Shown piece by piece: positions 28,595 through 37,414 of a stretch of DNA of 64,000 nt. The translations under genes were made by a program, and so were the position numbers. Every line of letters begins with the position of its first letter. Within the stretch, counting starts at the first letter, position 1. The notes beneath the pieces were generated by a model. That model saw only the letters and a list, made by a program, of their open reading frames with translations, searched no databases and was not told where the DNA came from. This DNA is from Bacillota bacterium. Lineage in GTDB: Bacteria > Bacillota > Clostridia > UBA1381 > UMGS1253. The DNA lies in NCBI GenBank assembly GCA_022706785.1, contig JAKJBW010000006.1, forward strand, positions 11,306-75,305, written 5' to 3'.

Positions 28595-30007
28595 TTATTC
28601 CTCTACTATTTTAGCGGTCATATACCCTTTGCTGACATTATAGCTTACCGGCGTTGACGTATATCCGATCATACCTGCCAGTTTGCTGCGGGTCTGCGGG
28701 TAAGCGTCCAAATACTTGACAAGCTGATATACCAGCTCGCCGCCCTCCGCCTTGGTAACCAGGTTATACGGACGGATGGTGTTGTCTTCAAAGCCTTTGA
28801 GCAGCCCATACCCTTCCATGTTCTTTACGGGTTGTATTCCCCATTCGGGGACGCTTGCCACATCGGCGTAGTCCAGATTAATATCGCTTGCCGCATCGGG
28901 ATTGATGGTATTGTTGAGCATAACCAGGGTTTCTATTCTTGTCAGCGGGGAATCTGCGTCCAAATACACGCTGCTGCCCCTGCCCACGCCTTTGATAATG
29001 CCTGCCGCCGCCGCCCGGTACGCAGGCTGCTGCAGCCATGAAGGAATGGTGCTGTCGTCTGCAAATTTAAATTCCGCGCTTGCCTCGGGCAGACTCTCAA
29101 GGCCCACAGCTGCTGTGATCAAGAGAATAACATCGCCGCGGGTGAGCTGCTTGTCGGGATAGTAGAAGTACTGGTCGCCTATTTTTTCACCGACGGTGAT
29201 ATCACGTTCCACCAGCTTGGAGGCGGAGTATGCGGCCCAGTGCGGATCTAAGTCGGCGTACTTGAAAAGCTGTTCTGCAGGCGTGTCCTCAATGGTGATG
29301 CCTACTGTCGCGATGGCGGACTCATACGGGGCATAAACGATGCGGTAAGTGAATTCATCCTCTCCGGTCTGGTCAAGAAATGGCGTGTACACAAAATTTC
29401 CGGTATGCACGTCAGTCACTTCAACCTCTCCCTTTGTGGGGGCGGTCACGATTTGGAATGTAAAGTTCGTGGGCGCCTGATCGGTAGAGTGGCCTATCAG
29501 CTGTCCCGAATGGGGCGTGTTTTTTTGCGTGGTGAAATTAAAATCCTCCACAATCAGCGGTCCGGCCGCCGGTTCGGTGATCACTATCGTAACGGTAGCC
29601 GCATCGGAATAGTCGGTGCCCTCCGCCTTGGCGGCATAGGTGAACGTGGTTGTGCCTACCCACTCGTCGCCCGGCTTAAACATCAGAGAGCCAAGCTGGG
29701 CGGCGCTGATTTCCGTGTCTGCCGTGACATCGGCAGTATCCAGCATCAGCTTGGCGCCTTCAGCTTCGGGGAGAGTTAATATTTTGATGGCATAGATAGG
29801 CGCGCTGTCGGGTGCGGAAAAGCTCTCCGCAAAATCCTCAGCCGAAAAATAAATTGAAGTGTTTTTGATTTCACTTTTTGTAAAGCTTCCCGCGGTGACA
29901 CTCTGGGGTGGTTCTTCCGTCGCTGCCGCCGGCAGGACTGCGGCCATGAGCAAAGCGGCCGTCAGTATAAAGGAAAGGCACTTTTTGCACTTTCTGTTGG
30001 TATTCAT
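28595..30007 (-). CDS. Secreted S-layer-anchored protein: Ig/cadherin-like repeats plus three SLH domains
   Basis: Signal peptide (LSFILTAALLMAAVLPAAA). Repeats end in FTYAAKAEG..ATVTIVI and DEFTYRIVYAP..ATVGITI. Three C-terminal SLH-type segments (YADLDPHWAAYSASKLV..., FADDSTIPSWLQQPAYRAAAAGIIKG..., YADVASVPEWGIQPVKNMEGYGLLKG...). Confidence 0.75.
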   Translation of the reverse strand: MNTNRKCKKCLSFILTAALLMAAVLPAAATEEPPQSVTAGSFTKSEIKNTSIYFSAEDFAESFSAPDSAPIYAIKILTLPEAEGAKLMLDTADVTADTEISAAQLGSLMFKPGDEWVGTTTFTYAAKAEGTDYSDAATVTIVITEPAAGPLIVEDFNFTTQKNTPHSGQLIGHSTDQAPTNFTFQIVTAPTKGEVEVTDVHTGNFVYTPFLDQTGEDEFTYRIVYAPYESAIATVGITIEDTPAEQLFKYADLDPHWAAYSASKLVERDITVGEKIGDQYFYYPDKQLTRGDVILLITAAVGLESLPEASAEFKFADDSTIPSWLQQPAYRAAAAGIIKGVGRGSSVYLDADSPLTRIETLVMLNNTINPDAASDINLDYADVASVPEWGIQPVKNMEGYGLLKGFEDNTIRPYNLVTKAEGGELVYQLVKYLDAYPQTRSKLAGMIGYTSTPVSYNVSKGYMTAKIVEE

Positions 30008-30351
30008 ATTGATTATCCTCCTTTTGTTACGGTTTAATAATTAGCGTTTTTGTCCTTTTATTTGGACATTTGTTTTCATTGTTATTTTTAGTATTTTTTT
30101 CGCGGCCATACCGAAAAAATGGTGGAATATCTGTCATACATTTCCGACTTGTAACAAATTGTTGCGTTTACGATAAAATAATAATGAAGGGCCAAGTCAA
30201 TAACGGCCTACGAAAACTATTAGTATATGCGGATTTTTTAAAAATTATTACGATATTATTAAAAAAATCATTAAAAATGTTTGACAAACTGATAAACTTA
30301 GTATAAAATATAAGCAATAAAAGTTTTGACAGTATATCCGGAGGTAATCTC

Positions 30352-31233
30352 ATGAAGGTTTCACGTAAGATGATAACTGCCGCAGTATCGGCAGCGACAA
30401 TATTTTTGCTTTCCTGCATTTCAGCTTATGCGCAGGACGGCGTAGTAACAGCAAGCGTACTCAACGTTCGCGGCGGCGGTTGGGATCAGGCCGATAAGAT
30501 AGGCGAGATCGCGGAAGGCACAGGCGTACATATCCAGTCCGTTGCGGACGGCGGATGGCTGGAGATTTTTTACAACGGTATCAGCGGATACGTCAAATCC
30601 GATTATGTCAGAATTATCGAAGGCTGCGAGGCTATGCCCAAGACATATGCGGGTGTGCTTTACGGAAGAGTCAACGTAAGTGTGCTCAACGTGCGTGCCG
30701 GAGCGAGCTTTGATTCAAGGGTATGCCGCCAGTTAAGCGGCGGAAGCAAGGTCGAGATACGCGGCACACAGGGCGATTTTTACATCATTGAAAACGGCGA
30801 TTGGAATGCGTTCGTAGCAAAAGAATATATTGATATTATTTCGTATGAGGAATACAGCGCCCAGCCGCAGGGGTGCAGCGGTGTTGTGGATGTTGCGATG
30901 CAATATATCGGAACGCCGTATCGTTACGGCGGCTCAAGCCCTTCGGGTTTTGACTGCTCGGGATTTACCTCTTATGTATACGCACAGATGGGCGTCAGCT
31001 TAAACCGTACAGCCGCAGGGCAGGCCTCAAATGGTGTTGCGGTAGACCGCGATGAGCTTGCGCCGGGAGATTTGGTTATGTTTAATACCGGCGGCGGCAT
31101 AAGCCATGTAGGTCTTTATATCGGCGGGGGGAATATGATCCATTCGCCGTATTCGGGCCGTTCGGTGTGCGTTGAGTCCATTGATTCAGGGTATTACGCC
31201 GGCAGATTTGTGTGCGCAAGGCGGATTTTATAA
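30352..31233 (+). CDS. Cell-wall hydrolase: two SH3b-like domains plus NlpC/P60 (C40) peptidase
   Basis: Signal peptide, two SH3-like repeats (VTASVLNVRGGG..., GRVNVSVLNVRAGAS...), the catalytic Cys context GFDCSGFTSYVY and ISHVGLYIGGGNMIHS. Confidence 0.85.
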   Translation: MKVSRKMITAAVSAATIFLLSCISAYAQDGVVTASVLNVRGGGWDQADKIGEIAEGTGVHIQSVADGGWLEIFYNGISGYVKSDYVRIIEGCEAMPKTYAGVLYGRVNVSVLNVRAGASFDSRVCRQLSGGSKVEIRGTQGDFYIIENGDWNAFVAKEYIDIISYEEYSAQPQGCSGVVDVAMQYIGTPYRYGGSSPSGFDCSGFTSYVYAQMGVSLNRTAAGQASNGVAVDRDELAPGDLVMFNTGGGISHVGLYIGGGNMIHSPYSGRSVCVESIDSGYYAGRFVCARRIL

Positions 31234-31396
31234 CTTCGCATAGTTCCCGCATCAAAACTTGTTTAGGCGGCGGATACCGATTTACCGGGCAAGAGGTAAG
31301 ACAATTTCCCGCTTCGTTGAAACGCACGAAGGTGTGAAAAAATTTCTGCAAACGAAAATTTTTCAGCCTGTTACGTTATAATCAGCATAATCCGGA

Positions 31397-31425
31397 TTGA
31401 ACTACCTCTCATAATATGATAAAAT
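31397..31425 (+). promoter_or_regulatory. Candidate promoter (TTGAAC-17 nt-TGaTAAAAT) overlapping the upstream terminator
   Basis: TTGAAC tacctctcataatatga TAAAAT. The predicted start near 31432 lies inside the 5' arm of hairpin 31423..31460. Confidence 0.4.
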
Positions 31426-31460
31426 ACGAGCAGCTAAAGACAGCGATGCTCGTATTTTTT
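31423..31460 (+). terminator. Intrinsic terminator (10-bp stem) downstream of the NlpC/P60 gene
   Basis: AATACGAGCA-14 nt-TGCTCGTATT followed by TTTTATT. Confidence 0.55.
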
Positions 31461-31532
31461 ATTAGGAAATTACACTAAAATAGGCTATCAGGCAACGATT
31501 GTTGTCTGATAACAGACTGCCTGCGTGGTGCC

Positions 31533-31555
31533 AGCGGGCGCTGCCCGCTTTTTTA
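31533..31555 (+). terminator. Intrinsic terminator 30 nt upstream of the comEC start (leader terminator or attenuator, or end of a small RNA)
   Basis: AGCGGGC-GCT-GCCCGCT followed by TTTTTTAT. It is preceded by a second hairpin, CAGGCA..GTCTG-ATAA-CAGAC-TGCCTG (31488-31523). Confidence 0.6.
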
Positions 31556-31585
31556 TGCAGTAAACCATATAAGAGGTAATATCAT

Positions 31586-34036
31586 ATGAAGGTGCCGGTC
31601 AATATAAGACAGTATCGTTTGAAGCACATTTTTATTGGCGTCTGCCTTGCGTACGGGGCGGGTATTTTTGCGATGGAAGGCAAGAGTACATATATCGTGC
31701 TGCAGGATATCGGGATAGTCCTGCTGGCGGCTTTTATAAAGCTGATCATATCCTCAAACAGGCGGTCACTGCCGGGGATACTGCTTGCGGTTTGTTTTGC
31801 GGCAGGCGGTGTGGCCGTGCATATCACGGGTGATGCAACGGTGAGGGCGCCGTATCAATATGTGGAAAAGTATGTGACGGTTACCGGAAGAATATGTGAG
31901 CCGCCGCAAATACAAAGCGGTGTTGGCCGTTACGTTTTAAACACGCGCACATGCAGCTATCTTGATGAAACGGTGCCGCTTTCCGGAAAGCTGGCTGTAT
32001 CCTGCTATGAGCCCCAGGGAAAACGGCATTACCAATATGGCGATGTTATAGCGGTAAGCGGATTTATCGGGCTGCCAAAGCCGCCGCTTAATGAGGGGGA
32101 TGTCGATTACGTCAAATGGTATAAGACCCAAAAAGTATATTTTGAAATGGAGTCGGACTATGATCATAGCCAGCGGCTGTTAGGGGAAACGTATTGGTAT
32201 AAGCCCGCCGATCTTGCTAACCGGATACGCAGCCATTGTATTGCAGTCATTAACCGCTATCTTCCGCAATCTGAGGCGGCGCTTGCAAGAGCTATGCTCC
32301 TAAATGACCAGTCTGGCCTTTCAGCGGAAACCAAAAAAGCGTTGCAGATCAGCGGATTATACCACATGGCGGTTGCGTCGGGCATGCATGTGAGTGGTAT
32401 ACTCATGATATTAACCTGGCTTTTACTGGCTTTTGGCTTCAATAGAAAATGGATATGCATCATCGGCATGGCAGCGGTCGGTATGCTTGCGTTGGTGCTG
32501 GGCCTGTCCGCCTCCATCCTGCGTGCCGCTATTATGGCGTCGGTCTATCTTTTGGCCATCATTTTTGGCCGTGAGGAGGACAGGTTTATTTCACTGTTTG
32601 GGTCGGCATTGGTATTGATGCTGTTAAACCCGTATGTCGTCTTTGATGCGGGCGCCCAGCTTTCGTTTTTGTCTGTGCTTGGTATTTTTACCTTGCTTGA
32701 GCCTATCAAACAGCTGCTGCTCAGATTCATCAAAATAAAATGGATATGCGACGGAATTGCGGTAACGGCAGCGGTTCAGCTGTTTTTGGCGCCTGTGCTT
32801 GCCTACTATTTCGGCTATGTTCCGACATATGTGCTTTTAAGCAATCTGCTGGTATCCCCTGTGGTCATATTGGTCATGGGCGCAGGCATTGCATTGCTGG
32901 CGGCCTCTGCGGTTTGCGGCGCTATCGCGCATGTTGCGGCGGGATTTTTGTATGTGCTGCTCACCTATATTGGCACTGTGTCCTCGTTTATCGCTAAGCT
33001 TCCGTTCGCCCAAATTGGCACCCCACGTCCCGGTTTTAATTTTTTTCTCATATACTTTTTGCTGCTTTATGCGTTGTACGCGATTTTGCACAATAAGCCC
33101 CGAATCAGTATTGTGACTGCATGCAGTGCGTGTGCGGGCGTGTTTGCCGCATGTGTCATCATAGCTGCCGGTATGGCCCATACCCTGACACTCACATTCA
33201 TCAATGTAGGCCATGGCGACGCTGCGCTGATTCATATGCCGCAGGGCAAGACCATGATCATAGACGGTGGCGGGAGCGCCGCATACTCACAGCAGGATCT
33301 TGGGGAAATGCTTTTTATACCCTACCTTAAACGGCGGGGCTTGGATAAGCTCGACATTGCCGTGGTCTCACACTATGACAAGGACCATGTCCAGGGCGTT
33401 GCCGCTGCACTGCGCCATTTTGAGGTGTCCGAACTGATTTTACCGCGTTATCCGGAAGGGTATCAAAACGCCTATAAGACCGAGCTTGAGACGCTGGCTG
33501 CGCAGTCCGGTACGCGTGTCCATTATGTGACCGACGGCATGTATCTGGATTTTGGCGGCGGCGTCAGCGCAAAGATACTTTCGCCGACGGTACAGATAGC
33601 GTCATCCCATACCGAAAAAGAAAACAACAGGTCAATTGTTTTAAAGCTGAGCTATGGCGATATGGATGTTTTATTCACAGGCGATATCGAAAAACAGACG
33701 GAGCAGGATTTGGTAAAACGCGGTGCGCCGCTTGACGCAGAGGTCTTAAAGGTAGCGCATCATGGGTCTAAAACGTCGTCTTCTCCGGATTTTGTCAGAG
33801 CGGTGTCGCCTGCTCTTGCGGTCATCAGCACAGGCGAAGGGATGAATCCTGCCGATGCGGACAGAACCGAGGCGCTGCTGACAGCCTATGGCGCGCAGGT
33901 GCTCCGCACCGATAAAAACGGCGATATTACAATGAAAATACAAAAGACGCAAATTGACGCCATTGATTTATTCAGGCGCACTGCCCGGTTTAATCTGTTA
34001 TATGCCAGGGCAATGGCTGGGGCCGTTGCGTGGTAG
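31586..34036 (+). CDS. comEC: DNA internalization competence protein ComEC/Rec2 (with metallo-beta-lactamase domain)
   Basis: 816 aa with a multi-TM competence domain (SGLYHMAVASGMHV) and C-terminal MBL motifs (FINVGHGDAALIH, VVSHYDKDH, LKVAHHGSKTSS). Confidence 0.9.
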   Translation: MKVPVNIRQYRLKHIFIGVCLAYGAGIFAMEGKSTYIVLQDIGIVLLAAFIKLIISSNRRSLPGILLAVCFAAGGVAVHITGDATVRAPYQYVEKYVTVTGRICEPPQIQSGVGRYVLNTRTCSYLDETVPLSGKLAVSCYEPQGKRHYQYGDVIAVSGFIGLPKPPLNEGDVDYVKWYKTQKVYFEMESDYDHSQRLLGETYWYKPADLANRIRSHCIAVINRYLPQSEAALARAMLLNDQSGLSAETKKALQISGLYHMAVASGMHVSGILMILTWLLLAFGFNRKWICIIGMAAVGMLALVLGLSASILRAAIMASVYLLAIIFGREEDRFISLFGSALVLMLLNPYVVFDAGAQLSFLSVLGIFTLLEPIKQLLLRFIKIKWICDGIAVTAAVQLFLAPVLAYYFGYVPTYVLLSNLLVSPVVILVMGAGIALLAASAVCGAIAHVAAGFLYVLLTYIGTVSSFIAKLPFAQIGTPRPGFNFFLIYFLLLYALYAILHNKPRISIVTACSACAGVFAACVIIAAGMAHTLTLTFINVGHGDAALIHMPQGKTMIIDGGGSAAYSQQDLGEMLFIPYLKRRGLDKLDIAVVSHYDKDHVQGVAAALRHFEVSELILPRYPEGYQNAYKTELETLAAQSGTRVHYVTDGMYLDFGGGVSAKILSPTVQIASSHTEKENNRSIVLKLSYGDMDVLFTGDIEKQTEQDLVKRGAPLDAEVLKVAHHGSKTSSSPDFVRAVSPALAVISTGEGMNPADADRTEALLTAYGAQVLRTDKNGDITMKIQKTQIDAIDLFRRTARFNLLYARAMAGAVAW

Positions 34037-34126
34037 GCCAATATCTGTTTTTGATGGTCAAATGCAGGGCATACGGGAGCAGCGGCAAGAGAAATTTTCA
34101 CCCAAGGTTTTTGGAGGTGTGGGCAA

Positions 34127-35143
34127 ATGGCAAAAAAATCAGACAGCGCGGGCCTTGGCAATCTTAAGGCCCAGCTTAAAAGCGGGACGCTGCGTCAGAT
34201 ATATTTGTTTTTTGGCGAGGAGGACTATTTAAAAGAATATTATTTTGGCGAGCTGAAAAAGAAGGTGCTTGCAGACGGGCCGTCCGAGTTCAATTTTGTC
34301 CTGTTTGAGGGCGGAAAGATTATGTGGGAGCAGGTGGACGAGGCACTTGCCGCGCCGCCGCTGATGGCCGACAAAAAGCTTTTGCTTATTCGTGAGTCCG
34401 GCATTTTCAAGACGGCAGATGTTTCCGCAAGGGCGTACTGGGAGCGGTGTCTTGCTGATTTACCGGAATATGTGTGCGTTGTGTTTTACGAAAAAGAGGT
34501 TGACAAGCGCGGCGCCCTTTACAAGACGGTGGCGCAAAATGGGGAGGCTGTGGAGTGCGCTTACGTGGAAGGCGTAGAGCTGTACAATTGGGTGTTGCGC
34601 GGATGCCGCAGTGCCGGACTGCAAATCGACCGCGGCGCCGCCGAATATCTGATAGCTGCCTGCGACGGTGGCATGAACAATTTAAAGCAGGAGCTGGGGA
34701 AGCTTTTCAGCTATTGTTCAGGCAGCATTACAAGGGCGGATATTGACAGAGTCGTGACAAAAATGCCGCAGGCGCGTGTGTTTGAAATGATAAACGCCAT
34801 CATGAAGAAGGACGGACATACGGTATTTTTACGGCTGGGTGAGCTTAAAACGCTTAAAGAATCGCCGTTTATGGTGCTTTCCCTTTTGTGTGGAAGCTTT
34901 TCTCGAATCCTTCACGCAAAGCTCTTGTGCGAGGAGGGTTCGCCTCATGCGCAGGTTGCCTCAGCCCTTGGCATACCGCCGTTTTTTGTAAAAGATTACA
35001 CCGCCGCCGCCCACTGCTTCGATAAAGCATTTTTAAGGCGGGCTGTCTGTGCGTGTGCCGAGATAGACTTTGCGGTCAAACAGGGTAAGGTCGAAGCGTG
35101 GCTGGCTGTGGAACAGTTCTTGGCCGAATGCGTGTCCGTGTAG
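34127..35143 (+). CDS. holA: DNA polymerase III delta subunit
   Basis: 338 aa with N-terminal IYLFFGEEDYLKEYY typical of HolA, in the conserved comEC-holA order. Confidence 0.85.
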   Translation: MAKKSDSAGLGNLKAQLKSGTLRQIYLFFGEEDYLKEYYFGELKKKVLADGPSEFNFVLFEGGKIMWEQVDEALAAPPLMADKKLLLIRESGIFKTADVSARAYWERCLADLPEYVCVVFYEKEVDKRGALYKTVAQNGEAVECAYVEGVELYNWVLRGCRSAGLQIDRGAAEYLIAACDGGMNNLKQELGKLFSYCSGSITRADIDRVVTKMPQARVFEMINAIMKKDGHTVFLRLGELKTLKESPFMVLSLLCGSFSRILHAKLLCEEGSPHAQVASALGIPPFFVKDYTAAAHCFDKAFLRRAVCACAEIDFAVKQGKVEAWLAVEQFLAECVSV

Positions 35144-35149
35144 GAATAC

Positions 35150-35176
35150 AGGCCGTTTTGCTTTCGCAAACGGCCT
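35150..35176. terminator. Hairpin after holA
   Basis: AGGCCGTTT-9 nt-AAACGGCCT. The U-tract is weak on both strands. Confidence 0.4.
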
Positions 35177-35235
35177 TATACGATTTCACGCCCAAAACAG
35201 GACTATCCGCCGCGCCTTTTTTTGCCCACAGCTTT

Positions 35236-35278
35236 GCTGTCGTCCTTGCCTTGCGCCGGCAAAACTGCGTCTTTCGCT
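35236..35278 (-). repeat. Diverged, inverted core copy (copy C) of the structured element
   Basis: The reverse complement reads gcgaaagacgcagttttgccggcgcaaggcaaggacgaca, against copy A gcggaaggcgcagctttgctggcgcaaagcaaggatgaca. The central hairpin is kept with G-U substitutions. The flanks (about 35190-35335) are only weakly similar. Confidence 0.5.
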
Positions 35279-35387
35279 ACGCTGTGCACAAAAAAATCCA
35301 ACGACATTCTATCCTTATTTTAAACGCGAAATAGTATTATTATCATATATACAAAGCCGTAAATCACTTCCTGTCCGCGGATGCAAT

Positions 35388-35434
35388 AAACTTAAAAGGA
35401 ATAAGACCGGCGTGGTCTTATTCCTTTTAAGTTT
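35388..35434. terminator. Perfect 21-bp hairpin downstream of aroF
   Basis: AAACTTAAAAGGAATAAGACC-ggcgt-GGTCTTATTCCTTTTAAGTTT, 30 nt after the aroF stop on the minus strand. Confidence 0.6.
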
Positions 35435-35463
35435 ATTCTATTACAGCGTTACGCTATAGAATT

Positions 35464-36477
35464 TTATGCCATGCGCTTGCCCTCGGCTGCGACGCGCTTT
35501 TTGATGCTTGCCATGGTGCTTGAAAACTGGTCGAAATTCAACGACTGTGCGCCGTCGCACAACGCGCAGGCCGGATTGTTGTGTACCTCTATCATCACGC
35601 CGTCTGCGCCTATGGCAATGGCAGCACGCGAAAGCGGCTCTACCAGCCACGGAACACCGGTGGCGTGACTGGGGTCGAAAATAACGGGCAGATGCGAGTT
35701 GTGCTTAATCAGGGCAATGGCAGTCAGATCGGGCGTATTTCTTATGGCGGTTTCAAAGGTGCGTATCCCGCGTTCGCAAAGGATGACATTGGGGTTACCG
35801 CCCGCAAGGATATACTCTGCGCTCATCAAAAATTCTTCGACGGTGCTTGAAAGGCCGCGCTTTAGAAGCACGGGCTTTTTGCTGTGCCCCAGCTCCTTTA
35901 AAAGCTGGAAGTTCTGCATGTTGCGGGCGCCCACCTGAATGACGTCAACATCCGCAAAAAGATCGATATGCATCTCACTCATGATTTCGGTAACGATGGG
36001 CAGGCCGGTTGCGGCCTTTGCTTCTAAAAGAAAGCGCAAACCGTTTGCTTCAAGGCCCTGAAACGAATATGGGCTGGTACGCGGTTTAAACGCACCGCCA
36101 CGCAGCAGCTGCGCGCCGCTCTTTTTAATCTCTTCTGCGACACATATGATCTGTTCTTCGCTTTCAACCGAGCAGGGGCCTGCAATGACGCAAAAATTTC
36201 CCTCTCCTATGTTATGACCGCCTACCGGGATGTGCGTGTCCTGGGGGTGAAAACGCCGGTTAACCGCCTTGTAGGGTTCAGAAATACGCTTCACCGCTGC
36301 GACGATATCATTGGCGCACACAGCGTCCATATCCACCTGCGAGGTATCGCCCACCAGCCCCATAATGGTGGTATGCGTTCCTTCGCTGTAGTGAATGGTC
36401 AGCCCCATTTGCTCAAATGACTTAGCAAGACTGTCCACCTTTTGCTTACTGACATTTTCTTTTAAGATGACTATCAT
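35464..36477 (-). CDS. aroF: 3-deoxy-7-phosphoheptulonate (DAHP) synthase, type I-beta with N-terminal ferredoxin-like regulatory domain
   Basis: 337 aa. The N-terminal MIVILKENVSKQKVDSLAKSFEQMGLTIHYSEG regulatory domain resembles Thermotoga-type DAHPS. The catalytic core has LLRGGAFKPRTSPYSFQG and FDPSHATG. Confidence 0.9.
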   Translation of the reverse strand: MIVILKENVSKQKVDSLAKSFEQMGLTIHYSEGTHTTIMGLVGDTSQVDMDAVCANDIVAAVKRISEPYKAVNRRFHPQDTHIPVGGHNIGEGNFCVIAGPCSVESEEQIICVAEEIKKSGAQLLRGGAFKPRTSPYSFQGLEANGLRFLLEAKAATGLPIVTEIMSEMHIDLFADVDVIQVGARNMQNFQLLKELGHSKKPVLLKRGLSSTVEEFLMSAEYILAGGNPNVILCERGIRTFETAIRNTPDLTAIALIKHNSHLPVIFDPSHATGVPWLVEPLSRAAIAIGADGVMIEVHNNPACALCDGAQSLNFDQFSSTMASIKKRVAAEGKRMA

Positions 36478-36660
36478 ATCTTCTCACTTCCTAACCTTTT
36501 GCGTGCTTTGCAGACGGACTATGGCCACAGCAAAGCACAAAAATAGGGTAAAAGCGAGTCCGCGTTTTTAGCGGAACTCGCTTATTATAAATACCTGTCT
36601 TTGTGCGCGCGCTTCAAAAGCGTCGGGCGCGATCCTACACCATAAAGCACTTAAACGGAA

Positions 36661-36737
36661 TGGTAGAGACAGTAGGACTTGAACCTACGACCTCTCGCAT
36701 GTGAAGCGAGCGCTCTAACCAACTGAGCCATGCCTCC
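36661..36737 (-). tRNA. tRNA-Val (anticodon CAC), CCA encoded
   Basis: Reverse strand: GGAGGCA TG GCTC AGTTGGTTA GAGC G CTCGC TTCACAT GCGAG AGGTC GTAGG TTCAAGT CCTAC TGTCTCT A CCA. The cloverleaf is canonical. The acceptor stem contains G1-U72 and G5-U68 wobbles. Confidence 0.9.
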
Positions 36738-36761
36738 ATTTGCCCTTTTGTAGTAACAACT

Positions 36762-36791
36762 ATTATACCACCTTCTGCTGCCCTGCGTCAA
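36762..36791 (-). promoter_or_regulatory. Candidate promoter for tRNA-Val (TTGACG-18 nt-TGgTATAAT)
   Basis: The reverse strand reads TTGACG cagggcagcagaaggtgg TATAAT, ending about 25 nt before the tRNA 5' end. Confidence 0.5.
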
Positions 36792-36820
36792 GCGTTTGTC
36801 CCATTTTTTTAATATTGTGC

Positions 36821-36857
36821 CAAAAAAGCCTTGAAAGCAATTGCTTTCAAGGCTTTT
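36821..36857 (-). terminator. Intrinsic terminator (near-perfect palindrome) after 36875..37327
   Basis: AAAAGCCTTGAAAGCAA/TTGCTTTCAAGGCTTTT, with TTTTTTGG following on the minus strand. Confidence 0.65.
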
Positions 36858-36874
36858 CAAAATTTTATACCTGC

Positions 36875-37327
36875 TTAATTGGCCTGCTTTGAAGTGATTA
36901 CAACCGTGCTTGTCTGACCAACCCATTCGACATCCGCGCCGATATTTTCCGCAACAAACCGCAAGGGCACCAAAGTCCTGTCATTAACAAGCTGGGCCGG
37001 AACATCAAGATCCTTAGGCTGACTGTTGACAAACGCTCTTTTGTTGCCTATCTGGAGCACGATTGATTGGCCGGGCTTATTTGCGATAACAGTGTTTGTA
37101 GACTCGACCCAGGAAACATTGAACGCATAAAACTCAAAAATCTTCCGGAAAGGCACGAGGGTACGGTCGTCAATAATAATAGGAGGCACGTCGAATTCAA
37201 TTGTCTGGCCGTCTATTATCACATTTGCAGTTTCGTATTCCTGCGCACAGACCACTGTTCCGAGCAATGCCGCCGAAACAATACCGAGTAAAACCAATAC
37301 AGTTATCCATTTGCTGATATGACGCAT
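36875..37327 (-). CDS. Secreted copper-amine-oxidase N-terminal-like ('stalk') domain protein
   Basis: The repeated pattern (DDRTLVPFRKIFEFYAFNVSW; NDRTLVPLRFVAENIGADVEW) is typical of the Cu_amine_oxidN1 domain common in Clostridia. Start set at the ATG at 37327 (MRHISKWITVLVLLGIV, AGGGGG RBS). Confidence 0.75.
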   Translation of the reverse strand: MRHISKWITVLVLLGIVSAALLGTVVCAQEYETANVIIDGQTIEFDVPPIIIDDRTLVPFRKIFEFYAFNVSWVESTNTVIANKPGQSIVLQIGNKRAFVNSQPKDLDVPAQLVNDRTLVPLRFVAENIGADVEWVGQTSTVVITSKQAN

Positions 37328-37414
37328 ATCAAAACCCCCTTGCAATATTGATTCATTTTTAAGTATACTAAAAATTCACAGGGCTTGTCCACCCTAAAAA
37401 TTATCCAACGCCGG

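Noticed and set aside
36651-36926. A 91-aa ORF overlapping the tRNA-Val gene.
   Set aside because: The translation (…MAQLVRALASHARGRRFKSY…) is the usual artefact of reading through a tRNA, and the region is explained by the tRNA and its promoter.
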